Below, piece after piece: positions 25,384 through 35,300 of a stretch of 64,000 nucleotides of DNA (position 1 is the first letter of the stretch; each line of letters opens with the position of its first letter). The DNA is from Anthoceros angustus (Eukaryota; Plantae; Anthocerotophyta). The stretch spans positions 1 to 64,000 of the forward strand of contig MU008189.1 in NCBI GenBank assembly GCA_010909165.1, read 5' to 3'. The notes beneath the pieces were generated by a model that did not search any database, was not told the DNA's origin, and was given only the letters and a program-made list of their open reading frames with translations. The position numbers and the translations under genes were made by a program.

Positions 25384-26633
25384 GTGGCCCGCAGAGCACC
25401 TATTTCATTAGCAGCATCATCCACAAGCAGCAGGGACTCTGCTGTAGTAAGAATCAAAGGTCTTTGCATGCTTTGGTGTACCATCAAGGTGTATAAGTGG
25501 AACTTATACTTATTGGTGCCAAAAGTGGCATAAAGGGAGATCACACTATTGTTTCCAAATTGAAGCATCATAGACCTTTGAAAGGTTGTTTGCACCCTTC
25601 GTGTAAAAGGGCCTGAATTGGAATGGTACCATATGATGTTTCTGTAAGCTTCTATCCACATTCGCACACTTACCTCATCATTCAGATACTATTGGTAAAA
25701 GCCTGTGGTGACAGTTGATGCGATATTATCAATGTCATGAGGTTGAAGGAAGTCATCACGGCAGGGTTCATAACCATAAGCCTATGCTTTCAAATCCACT
25801 TTCTGAACGTGCTCCAAATAAATCTGTCTTTTAGTGTGTCATGCAAAAAATCTGTGTTGGACCCATGCAAGTATCTCAGTACTCACATGAGTAGCAAACT
25901 TGTCTGTGGATTTGCATTGTACAGGAAGCCATGACAAATTTGGCCGGAGTTATCGACATGCTGGTTATGGACAAAACACAACAGAAGATGAGGCCACAAG
26001 CAAGCGCTTGACATCAAAGTGGTATTACCGTGTTTCACACCAGAGAGTCTTAATTTTGCCTTTACGCTTCCTGTGCTTTGAGATGCTTGACAAACAAGGC
26101 CGTGTCGAAATTTGTTTGTCCAAAGGCACACCAATACTTGGTGTGCCTGAGCCAAGACCAGATGCTTTGTCTACGTATGACGCAGTTCCTTGCCTGGCCT
26201 CTTTCCGTAACGCAGGTAGGAACTGAGTGGTCCATACTGTCTTCGTGGAGCAAGTCCTCCACTATATCCCACCGAATGATGGCGACATTAGACAACAACG
26301 GAGTGCTTTTCCCTTCAGTCAACACTTCTCTGCCGATAACAACAGAAGATATCAAATCAAGAATTTTGAAAGGACCTTGTGGTGGTTCCTGTACCTCCCA
26401 CCCAATCGGCAGGTCAAGACCAGATGATTCTACATTCATAGCATGAAATATTCGACACCCGATGGATCGACGTTCACAGTGAGTGCACGGTTGGTGAAGG
26501 CGCTCGCGAGTTTGAGCATATACTATACGCGCAATAAACAGCCTAATAGTGTTCATGGCATCGTGAACCATCCGTGAACGGTTTCGTAGGCTTAATTACA
26601 TCCAAGCATCCATAGGATTAGGGGATGCACCTG

Positions 26634-26694
26634 GGAGTATGAGTGATGGGGCCCACGTCGGGCAATCCGGAGTATGAGTGGTGGGGCCCACGTC
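26634..26694. promoter_or_regulatory. Tandem 26-bp direct repeat containing GGGGCCCACGTC (TCP site II-like plus ACGT core)
   Basis: GGAGTATGAGTGATGGGGCCCACGTC (26634-26659) and GGAGTATGAGTGGTGGGGCCCACGTC (26669-26694), upstream of the MULE ATG at 26571. Confidence 0.5.
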
Positions 26695-26700
26695 TGCACT

Positions 26701-26757
26701 GACGCGCGCATTAATAACTTGATGAGTTTAACTCGTCAAGTTATTAATGCGCGCGTC
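26701..26757. repeat. 57-bp near-perfect palindrome (28-bp arms, 1 mismatch, 1-nt centre)
   Basis: GACGCGCGCATTAATAACTTGATGAGTT-T-AACTCGTCAAGTTATTAATGCGCGCGTC. Confidence 0.95.
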
Positions 26758-27179
26758 AAGGAACCGCGCGGCCTATCTATCGGACCAGAATCTTTCGCTT
26801 ATTTCGTTTAGGGCAGTCACGACGCGGCGAGTCGCTGGCGCGGTGGCACTCGCGGCATCGCTTCGGACATCGCTCGAGGGCCGTTGGGAACACACTTCGA
26901 ACATACAGTGCCTCCTCTTCGATCTGGCGCGATCGGATCCTATGGCGCTTCTTCCTCCTCTCGAACGCATTCAAGCTCTTTCCTACTACTCCATTGCGTT
27001 TGCAAGCAGAGGTGTACGTTGGAGGAGGAGAATGTGCTTGAGCGGGATCATCCATCTTCGGCGAATAAGCGAAGAAATCTTGCTACTAGTTCTCGCATTG
27101 GCAATGGGCCGGGCCTCCCTCAGAACACGCTGCCACTGCCCCCCGGTCATACGCCCATCAGAGAGCAGGCCGACAAGAG

Positions 27180-27756
27180 CGCCAAGCGGGTGAAGCATGC
27201 GCTGGAGTTTTGGTACAAGCATCGCCATTCCTCAAGTCCAAGAGTCCAATTCGGAGGCTTGATCTGGATACGTGGAACCATGTGAGAGCGCATGGGCTGC
27301 TGGTGAATCAGGAGAGGCAGAGCGGAGAGGTTCTTCTACCGGGTGGAACTGGCTATGGAGGGATTGCACTTTGCCTTCCAATCTGGGATATACACCAGGC
27401 TCGACGAGGATTTGAAGTCCGTAGCCACCAGCGCGATCATGTCTGGAGGTTACGAGGAAAGAATCTTCAACAGCGGAGAGCGAGTGGAGTATACAGGTCA
27501 AGGAGATGCTCATCACAAGGCGGATAGAGGTGTACCTGACCAGAAGTTGTGTGGCGCTAACATGGCCATGTCTCTCTCCTTCAGAAGAGGGCCCTCCAAA
27601 AGCACCTATACATATTACGGCCTGTATTGCATAACCGGATTGGAGCAGAAGCGTGGGACCAAAGGCAACAATATCTACTCGTTTCACATGACCCGCCTCC
27701 CGAGTCAGGCTCCCCTGACATTTTGGAGAAGAAACACCGGACCTTACCCCTCCTAA
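27180..27756 (+). pseudogene. SUVH-type SRA/YDG domain gene without pre-SET/SET, frameshifted (5' end approximate)
   Basis: RRLDLDTWNHVRAHGLLVNQ / GERFFYRVELAMEGLHFAFQSGI...ATSAIMSGGYEE...VEYTGQG...DQKLCGAN...YTYYGLY (YDG changed to YYG). The stop at 27756 comes shortly after the domain. Confidence 0.8.
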
Positions 27757-27910
27757 TGATCACGAGTTTCTCAGCTGGGTGAAAGGTGTTGAGACAAGTC
27801 GGATTGAAAGAGCTTTGTGGCAAATGTCACCAACATCGAGCTTTGAAAGTGCGTAGCTACCAGCTTGCTTGACAGAGAAACTGGTTGCATCACTGAGTTT
27901 GCAAGTACAG

Positions 27911-28038
27911 TCCTCGTAACCTCCAGATATGATCGCGCTGGTCGCTGCTAACTTCAAATCCTAATCCAACCTGGTGTCTATCCCAGATTGGAAGGCGAAG
28001 GGCATTCCCACCATGGCCAGTTTCACAGTTAGAAAAAC
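27911..28038 (-). pseudogene. Inverted partial copy of the SRA coding region
   Basis: The reverse complement aligns to 27330-27458 with about 20 differences in 129 nt and contains an in-frame stop (TRLD*DLKLAATSAIISGGYED). Confidence 0.9.
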
Positions 28039-28105
28039 ATGTCCAACGTGTGGGAAAGAGACTCCCTTGTGAGCCACCTATGTACATATACCCATGGCGA
28101 TTCCT

Positions 28106-28432
28106 TCAATAGCCACCACCAAGCGGCTGGCCTTGCTTATGTCTGCTGCCGGGCTGGCCAGGAGCAGCCTTGTCGTCGCCGGGGAGTATCGGGGGCTCCT
28201 GCTGACTGTGGGATAAAGGGTTTGGCTTGGCGAAACGCCGAAGGGGGCTGTCGGCCTTGGCGTGCCACATGGCCAGCACTTCCTGCGGCTTCTCAATCTC
28301 GCCTGTTGATTGTTGCCGCCTGCGCTTGTCCACCTGCACTGCCGGATCCAGCACCAGCTCCCTATACGCGGTCATACCTGCCAGCCCGAACGCCAGGACC
28401 ACCATAGCCAGAAGCGGGAACAGCACCTTCAA
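28106..28432 (-). CDS. Candidate small secreted or membrane-anchored protein; real start uncertain (track start is TTG, first ATG is codon 10)
   Basis: Hydrophobic N-terminus (VLFPLLAMVVLAFGLAGMTA) followed by a hydrophilic P/G/Q-rich tail. No family recognised. Confidence 0.3.
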   Translation of the reverse strand: MKVLFPLLAMVVLAFGLAGMTAYRELVLDPAVQVDKRRRQQSTGEIEKPQEVLAMWHAKADSPLRRFAKPNPLSHSQQEPPILPGDDKAAPGQPGSRHKQGQPLGGGY

Positions 28433-29332
28433 TTCTCTGCCTCACACCAACCGAGAGCAGCGGTAGCAGCAACGCATCAGAGGCGTGACATTATGTCACC
28501 CGCAGATTGCACACCACTTCCTTATGCAGAGCGAAGCAAAGAAAAGCAAAGCAGCGCACCACAGACCACAGGATCATAGATGATTTATCTAGAAGCACAA
28601 GCAGGTTGATTGATTGAATGTACAGCATCATCAAGACTTCACTGCCTCACATTTTTTGAACGCAGCATCAGCAGATCAAAGGCACACCACTCCTTCCTAT
28701 ATCTTGGAGGCTATATCCAATCGGAATTTGTGCGTTCTTGCAGGAGGTGCCTTGCAATCCCTCAAACTTAAATACAGTCTACATGATTGCAGCAGCAAAT
28801 TCAGTAGCACAGGAACATTTATCAGTCAGGCAATCGGCAGGAAGAGGCCTCTGGAGAAGCAGCAATGATCTTGCCCCTGAGTAGCCGTGGTCATCTGGTG
28901 CAGAGTAATGCCAGGCTTATGTTTCCGACGCCAGAGCCCAAGCCGTTTCACCTCCTTCCCTGGCATGATGGTCGTATCTGCGTTTATGCGGCGCTGAGCC
29001 GCATCTTCCGCCTCCTGGCGTGTCAGATTGATTGCGGTGCGGTATTGCTGCCATCGCGCCAGCACCTGCCGCAGATGCGGCCCCTGTTGATGCCAGGAGA
29101 GCAGCACATCATGTTTAGCAGCAAATCTCTTGAAAGCAGTTGGCCTATGGAGGTGGCACTACGAAGGCATCAGCACTGACCGGCTTGTCCTGCATCATTT
29201 TGATCCGGTGCAGCTGAAGGAAGAAGAGTCTGGTGTGAAGAACGATTTCGCGTGAAGGAAGGATGATCTCGTGGTATTGTACCGCTAACGCTTGGAACTT
29301 GCAGCAGGGTGTGGAGATGAGCCGATGAGACT

Positions 29333-32300
29333 ATGAGACGGCACTGGCACATACCTGGTGGTAGCCAAGTGGCTGGACGCACAGCCAGGTGACACGTTTA
29401 CTCCCGTATGCCCCGTCTCCGGAGGGGCTTCCTTGGCTCGCCTACAGCGAACTCATAGTCCTTTGTCTTTCCGGCTCATCGTCTGTGCCAACCGGTGTGC
29501 ATGCACTTAGGATCTCCATGGATGAGGATGACGAGGTCCCCTCCCTGTTGTTGCAGGCTTGGTCTGAGCGGCTACCTCACCTTGCGGACTTCTGTGATGC
29601 TGCTCTCTCTCCATCTCAAGACACACTCTTGCTGCTGCCCCGGGAGGGAGATGTGGTTGTTCTGCCCCTAGGGACCGGATCTGAGGGCTTGATTCCGGAT
29701 GCACATCTTCCTGTGCTACAAAATGTGAAATGTCTGGCATGGGCGCAATGCGAAGGGGATTTGCGATCCGAGCAGCTTCTCTTCACAGCGGGGGATGATG
29801 GCCTGCGTATCCTGGGATGGGATGGTTACCGTTCCCAGGCTGCTGGAGGTGCGCAGCTTCGTTCAGATGTTCAGGCTGGACAGGCCGAGGAATTTCGAGG
29901 GGAGGATTCGAGCTCGGGGTATGAGGAGCAGGGCAGTAGGCCCCTGGCTGGTGAGGGTGGGCTCAGGCAAGCCAGTTCCCGAGAGGGGGAAGGCTTTCAT
30001 GTTCCTTCTGGTGAGGGGGAACTGGAAGATCTTGATGAGGGACTTCGTTTGCGGTTTACAAGGTCTCCCTCGGGAGGAATTGCCTCCACGACGATGTCTT
30101 GTGCATCGCACAGTTTCTCCCGTCTCATCTCTCTTGGGCTGAAGTATCAGGTGACTGAAGAGCATAGTGAGACAAGTTCTGGTCGCCTGGAAGAGGACAT
30201 TGGGAGTGAGGAATACCGCATTTTGGAGATTCTGTCCAGTCCTGGGCACAGGGTTGTGGCACTTGTCTTTGGCAAGCAGGTTGCAGAGAAAAGGCATGCA
30301 TCCAGAGTGTTTGCCGGGAATGACCTCTTTGTGGTTCTTGCTGCTGTGGAGCCGGGTGGATTGAAGCTGTCCTGTTGTGAGAGGAGACCGGAGTGGCGAA
30401 CCATGGACCCTGCAAGTCCGTGGGCAGATTTTACTCTGTCTCGTGACATTTTGGCAGGTTTGACACAGAAGGGACAGGTTTTTCTCTGGATTGCAGGCAC
30501 TGGAAAGTTTTTGTCTTCCATTGATGTTACGAAACGGAGTCTACCACCACAGGTCCAAGGTGTATCGGGCAGTCCGATTGGTAGTTCAAGGAACCATGAG
30601 GGGAAGGAGCTTGTTTGGAGTGGTTTCTCCAAACGGCATTTGTGGATGGAGGGAGCAGAAGGATTGTCAAGAACTCGAGCAGGACAAAATCGACGCCAGC
30701 GGGATCTTGATCCATCCACGGAACGGTATGAGTCCAATGTTGTACACCACTTCACTCGCCTCGCATTAACTGCTGACAGTCGTCTGCTGGCTGCTGGTGA
30801 TGTTTTGGGGATTGTGTTCATTGTCTCCCTAGACGAGGATTTATCAGTTGCCATTCCAGGGGAGAGACTGGCTGTCTCTGGCATACCCTGTGGTGCACAT
30901 ACCATGGCCACGTGGGGTGTAGGAGGCATTGACATTGGACGTTGCACAGCTACAAAATGCCATCAGTGGCTGCATCACCCAGAGAATGCTAAGAATGCCG
31001 CAATAGATGCTGGCAGCCTTCAAAACGAAAACAGTAAGCGCAGAGAATATCTCAATGACATTTCAGCCAGGGAAGTGATTAATAAGATTACTGGAGTGTC
31101 TGAGGGATTGAAGAGAAGACGACGAGAGGTGGTGGTGTGCTCTCATAGAAGTATACAAGACTTCAAGGAGATGGTGATTACTCCTTATGAGGTTGTAGTT
31201 GCGTTATCTTCTGCGGAGCGCATGGAGATAGTCTGCAGTGAGCTGGATGTCCCCAATGGGGTCATGGATGATATCAACCTTGCACAACGATCAGCGTCTG
31301 CTATGCTGCATTGTAGAGGGAAGAAGAAGATATGCAATAGTACAGTGTTACCTTTCTCCTTTTGTGGTTCCCTCTACTTCGTGACTCCCATTGGTCTCCA
31401 TGTTGTGCTACCTCCACTGGCATTGGGTTCAGGTGAATCTATACTTACAAGGCCACATGTCACTGGGCAATGGTGGCCTACTGGTGCCAAGTTTGAGGAC
31501 CTGTTGGATCATGACACATGCCTAGAGCAGGAGAAAAGCCCTGGAGCTTTGCAAAAATGGCAAGCTGAAGTTTTGGACAGAGCACTCATTTATGATGGGC
31601 TGACTGAAACTGAGGAGCTTTCTGTGCAGAACGGGTGGAGCTTGTCACTTTTGAGGTTGAGACGGCTGGAGCTTGGGTTGAGCTTCATCCAAATCAATGA
31701 GATAGAGCAGGCACTGGAAACCCTGATGCGCGATAGTGTGTCAAAGCCTGGCGTGCTGCATACACTCTTTGTGGCTATTGAGCTCATGATTAATGGGTTG
31801 CAAGGTGACAAGGAGCTGGCTCGGTCATCTAAGTTGCTTGCGATGGCAGCTTCCTTTGCTACAAGGTTGATTCAACAGCAAGGCTGGTTGGGACTACTCC
31901 AGCACAACCGGAAGCAAAATCCTGCCGAAATTGCACTACCTGAAGATCAGTTGGTTTCAAGTGAGCTTTCTGAACTGGCGGGCTTTCTGGAACTCATCCG
32001 GGGTCTGCAAGACAGAATGGATAGCCGAGTCACAGATTCTGATCAAGGTCATATCAAAGGTGCGGTGGTGGTTACAGACGAGGTGCCAGTGAGCAAGGTG
32101 ATGACTGTGGTTGGTGGGGAAAGAAAGCTAGAAATTTTGAGGCATTCACCTACAGGTGGCATAAGCTCTGATGGTATTGGGTTAAGGGTGCCGGCCCTCC
32201 CAAGTGCTGTGCAGCAGCTAGGCGGTAATGCATCCACCAGTGGGATCCTTGAGATAGATTCAGCTATGGGGCAGTGTGGGGATGAGATTTCTCTGCTTCC

Positions 32301-35300
32301 AGATGGCATGGGAGAGGACTTGCGCATTGTTGCTGTGGAAAATTCTGGCGACATGGTTTCAAGATGGGAGCGGGATAACCTAGATGCTGCAGGAGTGGTG
32401 AAGGATGCACTGCAATCTGGGCGGGTGCCCCTGGCTCTTGTCCAGCTGCAGGCGCTGTATGCAAAGGAAGATGTCCAGCCAGAGACAGAGGACCTCTTTC
32501 AAGAGTTGCAGGAGATTGGGCGAGGCATTGTCTATCAGTGGATGTGTGAAGGGAAGACTGAAGCAGCAATTGCAGCACTCTCTGCTCTCGGGGAGGATGT
32601 TGAGGTTGCTCTTCAGGAGCTGGCACTGGGGACCACTCGGCGTGACCTCCGCAGAATAACTAGTGCTGAACTGCAAAAACATGGCTGGCTTGGAGCAGAT
32701 GAGAGAGAGCTACTGGATAAAGTCCACCACCTAGAGGGTGTGTACCCTGTGAGTAGCTTTTGGAGTGCTTACAACACACGACGAAAGCATCTTGCAAGTA
32801 TTGGGAAAGTTGTTGAATCAGATGATGGAGACAGGCCACAACTGTCTGTTGATGGTCAAATCATTGAGTGTGGGGAAGTTGATGGAGTTGTCATTGGCTC
32901 ATGGAATGTTCCTGGCAATGCACAAGATTTCTCTGGTGCATCTGTGATTCAGGATAATCCTTTTGCCGGTTATTTTTCTGCTGCAGCTATCTGGCTTTTC
33001 CCCTGGGACAAGGTGACGTTCGATCGGGTTCTCCTAGACCAGCCTGGCATTATAGGGTATTCTACCTCATGGGAAACTAAGCTGGACTACCATATTGCTC
33101 GTCACAATTGGTCCGAGGTTTCATCCCTTCTTGATGATATTCCCTCGGCTGCCCTCCACCTGGGACAGCTGTACGTGAGTTCAAACTTGAATTTTGAGTC
33201 GGTGGAAGTTGTTATACCTGAGGTACAGATCTTGTCCATCAGTTCAGATTCGCTGCTTACAATCTGGATGAGGCAGATGCTGGAGGACAAGCTTTTGAGG
33301 AAGGGGATTTTTCTTCAAACAAGATGGAAGGGCACTACAGAGCTGGTTGCTTTACTAGCACGGGGTGATAGATTATTTTCTCATTGTGGTCAAACAGGGG
33401 CTTCTGATGGGACTTCGTCTGCCTCCAGTTTTGCGAGACCTGTCAAAGAGGTTGATTTGCATGAGAGTACTGTCAAAGCAGTGCAGCAATTGATGGTCCT
33501 TCACTGCGTTGAGAACTCTTTGCCACATACTCTATCCCTTCACGTTGATCAGGCTGCGTTGAATAGCGATAAGGAGTTTGCATCCAGAATGCTTGCAATT
33601 GCAGATGGTTGTCATTGGGCGTCATGGCTTCTCCTATCCTATATGGAAGGATGTGAGTATGATGCTTCTGTGGAGAACGCAAAGTTTATGGTTGCTTCAA
33701 GCTCCAGTGATTTTAAGTGCTCACGAGTTGAGGATGTTGAACACGTCTTCCGCAGCTTTGATCACTTATGCGAAGCTGCAGGGGAGAAGCTGGCCTACGC
33801 AAATATTGTGTATACACCTTTGCCTTTGAAAACTTATATGTGGAGTGGCCTGTCAACAAATTCTTTTAGCTTGTTGCCCAGACTGTCAAGAAAGAGGGTA
33901 ACAGAGTTTCCAACTTTATGGAAGCATCTGGTTGCCTGTTCAACTGATTCCCCGGTGGCAGATCTATCTTTAGAAGCTGGAGAGCGTGCGACAAATCTGG
34001 CAGAGTATCTGTCATGGCGTAAAGGTCTTTTCTCATGTGCCAGAAATGATCTGTCTATACTGGAAATGATGCCTCAGTGGACACCAAAGAACGTTAGGCG
34101 TCTAGTCCAGCTCTCAACAGAGCCTGATGTCGAAGGGCTTCTGAAGCTTGAGGACTCAGTAGATAGTCTGCAGGAGCTGGAAGAAGGGCCTGAGAAATGG
34201 GAGGCTTTAATCCAGGCATCAATTGAAAAGGAGTTGTATGTGGGACACCCTGAGGAGTCTGAACCCAGGGTGGTTTTTTTTCTGCGAAGAGGGAGAGGTG
34301 TTGCAGCTTTTGAGTATCTCCTGGACTCACGGCTGAAGAGGGATGACTACCAAAAGCTGGACCCTTCAGCTGTCCTTTCGGCGCTTACAATCAGTGAACA
34401 AAAAGTCGTTTCCTTGGCTGTGGTGCTGGCAGTTCGGGAATATGCTAATGCGAGAGTCGTTACAGCTTGTATTTGTTTTCTTGAGCTATGTGGTGTCCCA
34501 GCAAGTATGGTTCGCATTGTTGTTTTGTCACTGAGAAGGATATCTGAGTTCCTTGAGAAGGCATACAACACTGAGCAACTTAGCAAGGAGATCTTGGAGG
34601 CTGGCTTCGGTTCTGCTGTGTCTCATATGCTGACATTGGTAGAGAACTATGTATCGGAAGTTATGAACACAGACGATCTGCAACTCCTTGTTGGAAAAAC
34701 AGGTACTCATCGCTATAGACAAGCCAGCATTGCCATATCAGAGTTGCTTGAGAAGGCCATCCTTCATGATTACAGTCGGTCAAAGGTCAATAACCCTCAG
34801 CCAGAAGAAGAGGAACGTACTGTAGGTTCTGGATGTTCGTTCAGTGAACAGTGGGCTACCGTCACAGCATTTTGCCATGCTCATCAGATCTCCTTAAGCT
34901 ATGCGTATCTTAGGGCTCTTGCACGAGATAATGATTGGGTTGACTTTCTGGCTGAGGCTCAAATTCAAGGTTGTCCTCTTGAGAGGCTTATTCCCATAGT
35001 GGCGGCTGACTTTAGCGACACAAGGCTGAGAAGTCATATCTTGATTGTACTGAAAAGCTTGCCATCAACTTTGCCAAAAGCTGCTGACTTTTTTACTTCA
35101 GAAGAGACTGGGTCCCAGGAAGAGTTGTTCACTCTGATAGCAGCTTGCGAAAAATCTGAGAAGCCATCTCTTGCTCTTCTGCAGAAGGCTAGAGATTTCA
35201 AATGGCCTCTTTTGCCTGTGGTTGCCTCCTGTTATGACGATGTGGATCCCCTTCTGTGTTTTGATGTATGGCTAGGTGTGATTGCCCCGGTGCAAGAATC

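Larger units (their letters stand above)
13431..26571 (-). pseudogene. MULE-type transposase with SWIM zinc finger (At4g13970/At1g60560-like family), split by two insertions; segments about 26571-25384, 20860-20483 and 14198-13431
   Basis: Motifs: IRWDIVEDLLHEDS...KYWCAFG; MLQFGNNSVISL(Y)ATFGTNKYKFHLYTLMV; DDAANEIGALRAT|WGDAVPILLCLWYVRQCW; LHEFIQYFKNQW; SWIM WACCNYPRGMQGFFCKH. The protein sequence rejoins when each insertion plus one TSD copy is removed. Confidence 0.88.

Noticed and set aside
29389-29517. N-terminal 43 aa of the 3047-aa track ORF (MTRLLPY...)
   Set aside because: The GTG is a splice donor, and this segment is largely the predicted intron 29389-29510.
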